30,376 bases of DNA from a virus. Its lineage: Duplodnaviria; Caudoviricetes. A program made the position numbers and the translations under genes. Below the pieces are notes generated by a model. The model saw only the letters and a list, made by a program, of their open reading frames with translations, had not been told where the DNA came from and did no database searches. The stretch covers positions 1-30,376 of IMG/VR virus record IMGVR_UViG_3300032032_001435. One strand, 5' to 3'. Below, one piece after another: positions 16,403-25,409 of this stretch (positions within the stretch are counted from its first letter, which is position 1; each line of letters starts with the position of its first letter).

Positions 16403-17968
16403 ATGTCTGAAGAAAAAAAATTCAATGAAGATAAACTTAAGTCTCTTAGATTAGAGAAACAGGCTTTGGGTTACTTACTCAAAAGCAAAAACAAAGAACA
16501 GGACTATTATGACGTAGCGCCGATTTTAACCGAAAGGTCCTTTGTAGATATTTATAATAAAAAAATATTCAACACGATAGTACTCCTCTTAAAAGGCGGG
16601 AATGAAATTAATACTACGTCAGTGGCTCAGAAGCTTTCTGACTGGAATATTACCCACAAAGACGGCAACGATATAGACAATTATCTCGGGGCGGTTAGTT
16701 TTACCCAATCCAACAAGAAGGGTTTTGGGGAATGCTGTAAAGACCTTTATAAGCTTTCTCTGAGAAGGGACGCTTTTGAGCGAGCCAAAGAAATTGCCGC
16801 AGCCCAATTTAGTAATGCTGATCAATCTCCCCTACAAATCATGAACGAAATAAATCGAATCGTTGATGATTTTCAGATTGGGGCTACTGATGATGTTGAG
16901 CCAACTTTTATTCTAGAAGGGTTAACTGACCATATTAAGGAGAAGGCAAACTCGCCTCAAAAAGCGGTAGGTATTCCGTGGCCCTACGAAGAACTTAATG
17001 ATGCATGTGGAGGTTTACGATTTGGAGATTTACATATGATTCTGGCAGATACGGGAGCCGGAAAAACTACGCTGCTTATGGACATAGCTCTCAAGGTGGC
17101 TCTTGGCGGTCATCACGTTATTTACCTTAATACTGAAATGCAAGATGATGAAATGAGGGATCGCCTAGGAGGCATACTCTCAGGGATCGAGCCAATACTT
17201 ATTTCAACCGGCCAGCTAAGAAAAGAGGTGGTAGAGTATAATAAGTTTATTGATAAAGAGGGTGAGATGGAAAGCGTGGCCGCAAAAGCAGGAAAATTTC
17301 TCATTCACAAAACAGTATCACACATGAGTATCGAGGAAGTTGAATCATACATCAAATATGTATATCACCGCTACGTGGGGAAAGGAAAACCCTGTTTAAT
17401 TTGCTATGACTACCTCAAGATGACGGGTGAAAAAACAGCTGGTCACAATCAAGAGTATCAAATTATCCGCAATAAATCAGCCCAACTCAAAAGAATTGCT
17501 CTCAGCCTTAACTCTCCAGTTCTTACCGCAATTCAATCGAACAGACAGCCTGATGACGACACGTTACCCCTCAAATCAGTCCTAAAGGTTGACTCAACAG
17601 CGATGGCTATGTCTCACAGTGCCTCTTGGGACTGTTCTTTCCTCGGATTTTACAAACAGAAGGACGAAAGAGAGCGTGAACTTGACGGTCTAGACCGTGG
17701 TACTCATAAAGTTGTGCCATTGAAAATTCGAGCATGGGGACTTCGTGGATTAGATTACGAGAGGGCACTTAGAAGGGAAACTCCAGATGGATTAATCTTT
17801 CAGAAAAATCACATTAATCTACAACGAGGTATCTTTACTCTTGAGCCCCGTGGAACTCTAAGCGATATTGTCAATCGCTCTGACATACAGGGAAATGATC
17901 GAGACTCTGCTGACGCCACACAAGATGAAGAAGTATCAACAGTGAGCCGTGACGATGGAACGTTGTAG
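16403..17968 (+). CDS. dnaB: Replicative DNA helicase, DnaB family
   Basis: N-terminal LEKQALGYLL domain; Walker A ADTGAGKTT, NTEM, DYLK, IQSNR; acidic tail. Confidence 0.9.
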   Translation: MSEEKKFNEDKLKSLRLEKQALGYLLKSKNKEQDYYDVAPILTERSFVDIYNKKIFNTIVLLLKGGNEINTTSVAQKLSDWNITHKDGNDIDNYLGAVSFTQSNKKGFGECCKDLYKLSLRRDAFERAKEIAAAQFSNADQSPLQIMNEINRIVDDFQIGATDDVEPTFILEGLTDHIKEKANSPQKAVGIPWPYEELNDACGGLRFGDLHMILADTGAGKTTLLMDIALKVALGGHHVIYLNTEMQDDEMRDRLGGILSGIEPILISTGQLRKEVVEYNKFIDKEGEMESVAAKAGKFLIHKTVSHMSIEEVESYIKYVYHRYVGKGKPCLICYDYLKMTGEKTAGHNQEYQIIRNKSAQLKRIALSLNSPVLTAIQSNRQPDDDTLPLKSVLKVDSTAMAMSHSASWDCSFLGFYKQKDERERELDGLDRGTHKVVPLKIRAWGLRGLDYERALRRETPDGLIFQKNHINLQRGIFTLEPRGTLSDIVNRSDIQGNDRDSADATQDEEVSTVSRDDGTL

Positions 17969-18876
17969 TGGGTGATATTAAAAACATAATGATAACCTTG
18001 GGGTTTAGTAACATTACTGAGCTCGCTAAAGAATATAGAGCTCTACCGATTCATCGCGAGTCGGGCAACAGCACTATCATGTCGGTTAAGAAAGACACGG
18101 GCTACTTTGTAGATTATGGAAGAAATATATCAGGCCCACTTGAAGAGCTCGTTCAGCTATGTCTAGAATGCTCCCGAGAGGATGCAAAAAAATGGCTTGA
18201 ATCTGAACAGGGTTTTGTGGTAACGAGACGTCCGGTTTTTGATGCGCCAGATAAAGTTTATAAAACCCTTTCAGCTAATACTTTTGATGAGGTTATCCAC
18301 GACCACTCCTACTGGGTGGGTCGCGGTATTAATGAAAATACAATGAAAGTCTTTGAGGGGGGTGTTTTTGAAAAAGGAAGAATGAAAAATCGTTACACAT
18401 TCCCTATTCTTGACGTAGATAAAAAACTCGTGGGGGTTTCCGGAAGATATATTTACCCCATAAAAAAAGATTCCAAAATCCCCAAATGGAAACATATTGG
18501 AGAAAAATCAAAGTGGCAATACCCCGCATATTTTAATAGTCACATTATAGAAGAAAAATCTTGCGCGATAATAGTAGAAAGTATAGGGGATATGTTGGCT
18601 CTTTGGGAGGCAGGTATTAAAAATGTAATAGTTAATTTTGGATTAAACGTAAGTTTTGCTATAATTAACACGCTGATAAAACACGATGTAGAAAAGATTG
18701 TGTTATCCTTAAACAACGATGAAAATCTTGCAGGGAATCAAGCCGCTCAAAAAGCTCACAAGAAACTGTTAAAATTTTTTGATAGAGATCAAATCCAAAT
18801 CTGCTTTCCAACAAAAAATGATTTTGGAGAAATGCAAAAGGGAGAAATTCAAAGATGGGAAAAAACAATAAAATGA
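17968..18876 (+). CDS. DnaG-like TOPRIM primase
   Basis: GTG start overlapping dnaB stop; YW..RGI, RYTFPI, GVSGR, PKWKH, IVESIGD, LNND, NDFGE. Confidence 0.85.
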   Translation: MGDIKNIMITLGFSNITELAKEYRALPIHRESGNSTIMSVKKDTGYFVDYGRNISGPLEELVQLCLECSREDAKKWLESEQGFVVTRRPVFDAPDKVYKTLSANTFDEVIHDHSYWVGRGINENTMKVFEGGVFEKGRMKNRYTFPILDVDKKLVGVSGRYIYPIKKDSKIPKWKHIGEKSKWQYPAYFNSHIIEEKSCAIIVESIGDMLALWEAGIKNVIVNFGLNVSFAIINTLIKHDVEKIVLSLNNDENLAGNQAAQKAHKKLLKFFDRDQIQICFPTKNDFGEMQKGEIQRWEKTIK

Positions 18877-19880
18877 AACCGATGCTCTCAGCTTCAAGGA
18901 TTAAAAACCTTGAGTCTTGTACTTGGAGTTATTGGTGCAAATACCACCTCCACCTCCCAGAGACTAACAATGAAGGTGCAATGCGTGGCTCCATATGTCA
19001 TTTGGTCTTTGAGCTTATACAAACCAAAAAACATAAAAAGCATTTTAAATTAATCACAAAAAGTAATCGTATTGAAAGCTCCCCTTCTATAACTAGGTTA
19101 ATAAATAAACACTTAAATGCCTATGGTATAAATACTGAAGAGAATTATGAAATGATCAACGATATGATATTGGTTGGTTTGCATGACGATTTTTACTGCA
19201 AAGGAAGCACCCTGCTTGACCCCGAATATGAATTTAACTTAGAAAACGGAGACCCCGAATATGTAGTTCGGGGATTCATAGATAAGGCAGCGAAATACAC
19301 AAAAGATAAAAAAATTCTAATCAAAGATTATAAGAGTAGCAAGAAAAGATTTTCAGGCAGTGAATTAACAGCTAACTTACAGGGCATGATTTACAGCCTT
19401 GTTGCAACAAAAACGTGGCCCAAGCTGAAACCGGTAGTTCAATTTTGTTTTTTAAAATTTCCAAACGAGCCCATTCAAGAACTAGAGTTTTCAAAAGAAG
19501 AACTTGCTGGTTTAGAAGTCTATCTCTCTCACTCTTATAAAATCATAAATAACTTTAACGAGGCAACGGCAAAGAGTAAATTTGCTGCAGACGAACCCTT
19601 TCCCAAAGCTGACGAAGGATTTAAAGGGCCTCTTTATTGTGGTTTTGCAAAATATCCGGGCCATCTAAAAAAGGACGGAACCCCAATGTGGCACTGTCCT
19701 TACAAGTTTGCTTTTGATTATTACGAGCTTACAGATAAAGATGGTAAAAGTCTTAAAACGGCTTTTACTGCTGAAGAATTAAACGCCAAAGATGATCAAG
19801 AGATCGTAAAAAAGAAATATGCGGGATGTCCACGTCACATACGACATGATAGTGGCGACGACGATGATTTTGGTTTTTAA
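18873..19880 (+). CDS. PD-(D/E)XK exonuclease (RecB/AddB/Cas4-like)
   Basis: Start moved to ATG 18873 (ATGA overlap); LSASRI...C, GSICH, RGFIDK, IKDYKSSK, Q..IY, C-terminal cysteines. Confidence 0.85.
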   Translation: MKPMLSASRIKNLESCTWSYWCKYHLHLPETNNEGAMRGSICHLVFELIQTKKHKKHFKLITKSNRIESSPSITRLINKHLNAYGINTEENYEMINDMILVGLHDDFYCKGSTLLDPEYEFNLENGDPEYVVRGFIDKAAKYTKDKKILIKDYKSSKKRFSGSELTANLQGMIYSLVATKTWPKLKPVVQFCFLKFPNEPIQELEFSKEELAGLEVYLSHSYKIINNFNEATAKSKFAADEPFPKADEGFKGPLYCGFAKYPGHLKKDGTPMWHCPYKFAFDYYELTDKDGKSLKTAFTAEELNAKDDQEIVKKKYAGCPRHIRHDSGDDDDFGF

Positions 19881-19882
19881 AC

Positions 19883-19912
19883 TTGACAAAGGCCCGTCCT
19901 AGGTGCTATCTT
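19883..19912 (+). promoter_or_regulatory. Sigma70-type promoter, leaderless transcript for PHP-nuclease-dnaQ-dnaE unit
   Basis: TTGACA-18-TATCTT with TG extension; ATG 6 nt downstream at 19919. Confidence 0.65.
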
Positions 19913-19918
19913 GCTGTA

Positions 19919-20671
19919 ATGGTCTTACCACTCTTTAAAACACATTACTCTCTTGGAAAGAGTATCCTAACCCTTAATAAAAAAGGCTCCTCTATACCCA
20001 AGGGTCCAGACTCTGTGATAGATATTTGTTTAGAAAGTAAAATTAAAGAATTTTACCTCGTAGAAGACAGCATGGGGAGCTTCCTACAGGCTTACGACAG
20101 TACCAAGAATGAGGACTTAAGTTTCCGATTTGGATTACGCTTAAATGTTTGTAGAAATCGCACGGAAAAAGGAGAGGATGCTTTACGAACCACATCAAAA
20201 TATGTAATTTTTGCTCGCGATGAAGAAGGCTATAAAAAGCTCATTAAAATATATAGTGATGCCGCCAGCAATGGTTTCTATTACGAACCCCGAACTGATT
20301 TTGATTTTTTAAGAGAAATCTGGGATAGTAAACACTTAGCTTTAGCAGTACCCTTTTATGACTCCTTCCTATTCAGGAATACCCTTGAAGACGGGGAGTG
20401 TATACCTGATTTTGATTTTACAGACCCCATTTTTCTTCGCGAAGAGAATGGGTTACCTTTTGATGTAATCATGCGCCGTCGTATAGAAAGTTTTTGCGAA
20501 GATAAACATGAGATGCAGGAATCTAAAAGTATCTACTATAAAAACAAAGAAGATTTCATGGCCTATTTAACAATGCGCTGCGTTAGTAACCGAACCACGT
20601 GGAGTAAGCCTAACTTTAATCATTTATCGAGTGATGAATTTAGCCTTGAAAGCTGGCAAGAAAAAAAATGA
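19919..20671 (+). CDS. Stand-alone PHP domain of DNA polymerase III alpha
   Basis: Start moved to ATG 19919; PLFKTHYSLGKSIL, FRFGLRL, IFARDEEGYKKLIKI, GFYYEPRTD, SIYYKNKED; metal-binding His/Asp largely lost. Confidence 0.85.
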   Translation: MVLPLFKTHYSLGKSILTLNKKGSSIPKGPDSVIDICLESKIKEFYLVEDSMGSFLQAYDSTKNEDLSFRFGLRLNVCRNRTEKGEDALRTTSKYVIFARDEEGYKKLIKIYSDAASNGFYYEPRTDFDFLREIWDSKHLALAVPFYDSFLFRNTLEDGECIPDFDFTDPIFLREENGLPFDVIMRRRIESFCEDKHEMQESKSIYYKNKEDFMAYLTMRCVSNRTTWSKPNFNHLSSDEFSLESWQEKK

Positions 20672-21195
20672 CAATACAACTTACAGAAAAAGAATTAGCT
20701 TGGTGTGAAGGCCAAGCACAAAAAAGGCATGACAAAAAAAACATGCGTTTTAGGAATACTGGCATCTTAATGGAGAACGTGGACTCCTCAAAGCATAAAT
20801 TTTACCTCCCACACCTTACGGGTATTGTTGGTGAAAAAGCCTACGGGAAACTAATAGGAGCAGAAGTAGATACTCGCCTCTACGACGTAAGAGACGAAGG
20901 AGAGGACTTTAAGGGGGTAGAAGTAAAAACGATTACGTATTTTGGAGCAGGAGAGCCTGAGTTAAAAATTAAAAAAGCAGAATACGAATCAAAAACCCCA
21001 GAGCTTTATGTATTAGCAAGAGTAAAAACTGATGGGCTCCGCAAAGTGGAACTACTAGGGAAGATAACTAGAAAAAACTTTGATATACATAAAAAATCAA
21101 AGCAGTACGGAGTAAATAAACCGGAAAACTGGGTCGTAGGCCTAAGTTCCATGGAACCCTTCGTAAATAAAATAGATGAAGAATTTGGATTTTAA
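20668..21195 (+). CDS. Hypothetical protein, possible PD-(D/E)XK restriction-endonuclease-like fold
   Basis: GIVGEKA helix followed by EDF..VEVKT; ends IDEEFGF. Confidence 0.5.
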   Translation: MTIQLTEKELAWCEGQAQKRHDKKNMRFRNTGILMENVDSSKHKFYLPHLTGIVGEKAYGKLIGAEVDTRLYDVRDEGEDFKGVEVKTITYFGAGEPELKIKKAEYESKTPELYVLARVKTDGLRKVELLGKITRKNFDIHKKSKQYGVNKPENWVVGLSSMEPFVNKIDEEFGF

Positions 21196-21197
21196 AA

Positions 21198-21836
21198 ATG
21201 GACTCACACTTACTTAGATTTGACAAAGATAAAACTTTTGTTTTCATTGATTTTGAAACAGAGAACCTATGCCTTAACTATCGGCAAAATATGCCGTGGC
21301 AAATGGCGATGATCAAGGCTCGCGGTGATTCAAAATTTGATGAACGTGATATAATGATTAAATGGGATCGCGAGCTCCGAGTGAGTCCTGAAGCAGCACG
21401 GATTACCCGTTTTAGTGATGAGAAATATAAAAGATTAAGAAAGCCACACGAAAAAGTTTTCCCCCTGATGGAAAAGTGGCTAGAAGAAGCAGACTATATT
21501 GTGGGACATAATATCCTTGGGTTTGATATCTATTTAATTTTAGAATTTTATAAGAAAATGGGCAAAAACGGAGCTCATTTAGTAGATAAAGTGATTGATA
21601 CCTTCTGCCTCTCCAAAGCATACAAATTAGGCTCTCAGAAGCCCTCTGAGGCCTCTTTGATAGAGTTTCAGTATCGGTGCCTCGATATCCGTAAGAAACG
21701 CTTAGGGTGCAGTTTACAAGCAATAGCGAGAAATTTTGATATTGAGCATAATTACGATAAATTACATGATGCGTTAGTAGATTTAGATCTAAATTTAAAG
21801 GTGTGGAACAAATTAAAATGGCAATTAGAAGTATGA
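21198..21836 (+). CDS. dnaQ: DEDDh 3'-5' exonuclease (DnaQ/epsilon-like)
   Basis: ExoI FIDFETE, ExoII GHNILGFD, ExoIII HDALVD. Confidence 0.88.
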   Translation: MDSHLLRFDKDKTFVFIDFETENLCLNYRQNMPWQMAMIKARGDSKFDERDIMIKWDRELRVSPEAARITRFSDEKYKRLRKPHEKVFPLMEKWLEEADYIVGHNILGFDIYLILEFYKKMGKNGAHLVDKVIDTFCLSKAYKLGSQKPSEASLIEFQYRCLDIRKKRLGCSLQAIARNFDIEHNYDKLHDALVDLDLNLKVWNKLKWQLEV

Positions 21837-24484
21837 GCAATTTAACTAAAAACTTTAAAAAATATGACCTCGACATTAAGGGGGTAAGGCTCCCTTCGTT
21901 TGAGATTTCTCCAGAAGAGAAGGAGAGAGTGGGCACAAAAAAAGATTGTGATAACCTTACCTTCTTGACCGCCCTCTGCGACAATCAACTGAAGATAATC
22001 AAGAAGAAAGTCACGCCCGAAAAATACACCGAGTATGTTAAGAGGACTAAATATGAACTTAAAATATTAAATGAATTAAGTTTTGTTGATTATATTCTTC
22101 TTGTTTGGGATGTCATTAACTTTTGCAAAAATGAAGAGGTAGCAACAGGAATGGGTCGGGGAAGTGCCGCAGGAAGCCTTGTGCTTTATTTAATTGGGGT
22201 GACACGCATCAACCCAATCGTTAATGACTTATATTTCGAGAGATTTGTTTCCAAGGTCCGAGCTAAAAAGCAGGTAGTAGATGGAGTAACTTATCTCGAC
22301 GGGGCGTTGATGGCAGATATCGATCTTGATATTTGTTACTATGATCGTGATAAGGTTTTAAAATATTTAGGAGAAAAATTCAAAGGAAAAACTTCTAAGA
22401 TTCTTACCCTTAATACCCTAAGCGGTAAGCTTGTGATTAAGGAGTGCGGAAAAATCGTAGGAGACCTAGAAGAGCAAGAAGTAAACAAAGTATCTAACAT
22501 GATTCCTAAAAAGTATGGAAACGTCAAAGATATTTACGAGGCATACAGCGAAAATAGCCTAACTGAAGACGGGGAAGATACCGGAGAAGCTCTCTTGCCT
22601 GATTTCAGAAACTGGTGTGATGAAAATCCACAGATTTTTAAAACCGCTTGTAAATTAAGGGGCTTAATTAAAAATAAAAGCGTCCACCCCTCAGCGGTTC
22701 TACTTTCTCATGAGGAGTTAGAAAATAATTGCCCGACTGAGCTTGACTCTGCCAAGGAAAGTCTTGTTTCATCCTATGATGCAACTTGGGTTTCCATGTT
22801 CAACGTAAAATTAGACATCCTAGGTTTACGGGGGGTGTCCGTTGTTGACCAAACCCTTAAAAACATAAAAGAAATTCACGGTAAAGACTTAAAACAGCGT
22901 GAAATTTTAAATAAATACGCTGACACTGAAAATTTATGGCGTCACCTTGATGATTTACGTCAAAGGCACGGTCTTTTTCACATCGAAGCAGATACCGCTT
23001 ACAAGGTATGCCGAAAAGTAAAACCAGAAAGCGTAGACCAACTGAGTGCGGTTCTAGCCCTAGCTAGGCCCGGAGCAATTGATTTCACAGAGCAGTATGC
23101 GGATGCAATCAATAATAATATAGATGTCAGCATTCACCCCTTCTTTGACGATATTTTATCATCAACAGGTGGAGTAGCCCTTTATCAAGAGCAGCTAATG
23201 AAAATGGCTCACAAGATGGGCTTTTCACTTGATGACGCTGAATTACTACGTCGGATCGTGGGTAAAAAGAAGGTCAGCGAAGTTAAGAAGTGGCAAAAAA
23301 AAGTTCGCAAGCTAGTTCAAAAAAACGAACAGCTACAAGTTAAAAACAGCCTCGAAAAAGACGCTGGTGAAGTTTTTTGGAAAATTCTTGAGGACTCAGC
23401 TAATTACAGCTTTAATAAGTCCCACTCCATCTCCTACGCATCTCTATCAGCAGTAACCGTTTATTTAAAATTTAATTACCCAAAAGAATTTTTCTTAAGC
23501 TTACTACAGATGACCAAGTACGAGCCAGATCCAATGGCTGAAATTGCAAAAATACAAAAAGAATTGGATTGCTTTGGTATCAAACTATTACCTCCTCATA
23601 TTTTAAAGTCCAAACAAGACTTTTCCATTGAAGGGGGTGACCTGCGATTCGGACTAAGTTCTATTCGTGGTGTGTCAGGAACCACAATGGAAAAAATTGA
23701 TGACTTTCGTACAGATGAGGGCTACAAATCCCTAAATAAATTTGAGGTATTTTTAACTGCCAAAGAAGCTGGCATAAACATTGGAGTCCTTTCAGCACTG
23801 ATCCAAGCTGGGGCACTTGAAGGCTTTAGTGCGACACGAACCAGACTCGTTTATGAAGCCCAAATGTGGAATCTTCTAACAGATCGAGAGAAACAATATA
23901 TCTGTGCTAATGACTTTAAAATTGCAAAAGAAAAAAAATTCGACCTTAGGGAAATTCTTTATTACTTAGATAAAGAAGCTAAGACAGACAAGGGTAAGAA
24001 CTTCTTACGAGAGACACGACTAAATACCCTTAGGAAAAAGTCTACACCTTATGCGGAAATCTTCAGAATGAATAGTAAAAATGAAGACCTCGCTAACTGG
24101 TATTATGAAAAACATTTTCTTGGGTATTCATATCATACAACTCTAGAAAAATTATTTAATATAAATCTAAACCTAAGAGACGTAGAAGAGTCGTTGGTAG
24201 ACCGAACCGTGGAATATGCGGGGTGGGTAGAAGACTGTGCCAAGAGGAAATCAAAGAATGGAAATGCCTATCAACAACTCATCCTTTCTGATGAGAAGGC
24301 TGAAATGAGAACGATGATCTTTACAAAAAAGATGGAAGCTTGCGAAGAAAATAATGGTCGCCTCCCTAAAAAGGGAGACATAGTTATCGTAAATGGAACA
24401 AAGAAAGATGGGGTAGTCTTTGCAAATACTATTGAAATTCCTAATGTAAAAATTTATACTAAATTATCAGATCTTAAGGGATGA
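21833..24484 (+). CDS. dnaE: DNA polymerase III alpha catalytic core lacking PHP domain
   Basis: Start moved to ATG 21833 (ATGA overlap), 883 aa; GRGSAAGS, FERF, ADIDLD, KLDILGL, YQEQLM, YSFNKSH, RFGLSSIRGV, C-terminal OB fold. Confidence 0.94.
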   Translation: MSNLTKNFKKYDLDIKGVRLPSFEISPEEKERVGTKKDCDNLTFLTALCDNQLKIIKKKVTPEKYTEYVKRTKYELKILNELSFVDYILLVWDVINFCKNEEVATGMGRGSAAGSLVLYLIGVTRINPIVNDLYFERFVSKVRAKKQVVDGVTYLDGALMADIDLDICYYDRDKVLKYLGEKFKGKTSKILTLNTLSGKLVIKECGKIVGDLEEQEVNKVSNMIPKKYGNVKDIYEAYSENSLTEDGEDTGEALLPDFRNWCDENPQIFKTACKLRGLIKNKSVHPSAVLLSHEELENNCPTELDSAKESLVSSYDATWVSMFNVKLDILGLRGVSVVDQTLKNIKEIHGKDLKQREILNKYADTENLWRHLDDLRQRHGLFHIEADTAYKVCRKVKPESVDQLSAVLALARPGAIDFTEQYADAINNNIDVSIHPFFDDILSSTGGVALYQEQLMKMAHKMGFSLDDAELLRRIVGKKKVSEVKKWQKKVRKLVQKNEQLQVKNSLEKDAGEVFWKILEDSANYSFNKSHSISYASLSAVTVYLKFNYPKEFFLSLLQMTKYEPDPMAEIAKIQKELDCFGIKLLPPHILKSKQDFSIEGGDLRFGLSSIRGVSGTTMEKIDDFRTDEGYKSLNKFEVFLTAKEAGINIGVLSALIQAGALEGFSATRTRLVYEAQMWNLLTDREKQYICANDFKIAKEKKFDLREILYYLDKEAKTDKGKNFLRETRLNTLRKKSTPYAEIFRMNSKNEDLANWYYEKHFLGYSYHTTLEKLFNINLNLRDVEESLVDRTVEYAGWVEDCAKRKSKNGNAYQQLILSDEKAEMRTMIFTKKMEACEENNGRLPKKGDIVIVNGTKKDGVVFANTIEIPNVKIYTKLSDLKG

Positions 24485-25386
24485 GATTTCTTGTTACAGG
24501 AGGAGCGGGGTTTATTGGGAGTAATATAGTTGATACTCTCTTGCATCATGCCAGTAATGTGGCGTGTGTCGATAATGAATCCGCTGATAGCAATTCTGAA
24601 TTTTATTGGAATAAAAATGCAAAAAATTATCCCATAGACATTAATGATTACAATGCTCTTAGATGGGTGTTTAAGCATGAAAAGCCTGAAACCGTATTTC
24701 ACACCGCAGCTGAGGCGAGAATTCAACCCACGGTTAATGACCCTCAACAAGCGTGTCTGACTAATTTTGTAGGAACCTGTAATGTCCTGCAAGCGTGTCG
24801 TGAATTCGGAGTGAGAAGACTCATCTATTCTTCCACTTCTTCAGCTTATGGTCTAAAAAACATTCCCCCGCTTCGAGAAGATATGCCTAGGGATTGCCTA
24901 AATCCTTATTCAGTATCCAAATCTGCTGGAGAAGACTTATGCAAAGTTTATTACAAAATTTATGGTGTAGAAACAGTTATCTTAAGATATTTTAATGTGT
25001 ATGGAGATCGAGAGCCTACAAGGGGTCAATACGCCCCTGTTATTGGTCTTTTTCTTAGGCAAAAAAGAGATGGCTTACCCATGACTATCGTGGGTGACGG
25101 TAAACAAACCAGAGATTTTACCAATGTCAAGGACGTTGTAGATGCTAACATCTTAGCTGCCTTAGGTCATAGTAAAGAATTTCTTGGGGAAGTATTGAAC
25201 ATTGGAACGGGACGCAGCTACTCAATCTTAGAAATCTCTCAAATGATCGGGGGGAAAACCACTCATCTCCCAGAGCGACTCGGGGAAGCTCGAGAGACTC
25301 TGGCTGATAACTCTAAAGCAAAAAATTTAATGGGCTGGGAACCCAAGGTAGACTTAAAAAGCTATTTAAAAAATCTTGACTTTTAA
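24481..25386 (+). CDS. NAD-dependent nucleotide-sugar epimerase/dehydratase (GalE/WbpP-like extended SDR)
   Basis: LVTGGAGFIGS, SSTSSAYG, YSVSK, LRYFNVYG, GDGKQTRDF. Confidence 0.92.
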   Translation: MRFLVTGGAGFIGSNIVDTLLHHASNVACVDNESADSNSEFYWNKNAKNYPIDINDYNALRWVFKHEKPETVFHTAAEARIQPTVNDPQQACLTNFVGTCNVLQACREFGVRRLIYSSTSSAYGLKNIPPLREDMPRDCLNPYSVSKSAGEDLCKVYYKIYGVETVILRYFNVYGDREPTRGQYAPVIGLFLRQKRDGLPMTIVGDGKQTRDFTNVKDVVDANILAALGHSKEFLGEVLNIGTGRSYSILEISQMIGGKTTHLPERLGEARETLADNSKAKNLMGWEPKVDLKSYLKNLDF

Positions 25387-25403
25387 CCAATAAACACTAA
25401 AAT
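25376..25403 (+). promoter_or_regulatory. Sigma70-type promoter, leaderless transcript
   Basis: TTGACT-16-TAAAAT, ATG 6 nt downstream at 25410. Confidence 0.6.
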
Positions 25404-25409
25404 AAATAT

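Noticed and set aside
18873-19880. Cas4 as part of a CRISPR-Cas system
   Set aside because: No repeat-spacer array or other cas genes seen; solo Cas4/RecB-like nucleases are common in phage replication modules
19883-19918. TTG starts in the ORF track at 19883 (also 29090, 2554, 6854) and extended starts at 9281, 18855, 21803
   Set aside because: They fall in promoter elements or upstream genes; downstream ATGs give leaderless or stop-start coupled starts at the family N-terminus
21412-21984. 190-aa antisense ORF across the dnaQ/dnaE junction
   Set aside because: Fully overlaps two well-supported genes and has no recognisable motifs; treated as a shadow ORF
98-24484. Inteins or introns in nrdA, recA, dnaB or dnaE, including a split intein at the PHP/core break
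   Set aside because: Lengths are normal, motifs are contiguous, and no intein-type N-terminal or HN-C/S/T junctions or LAGLIDADG blocks were seen
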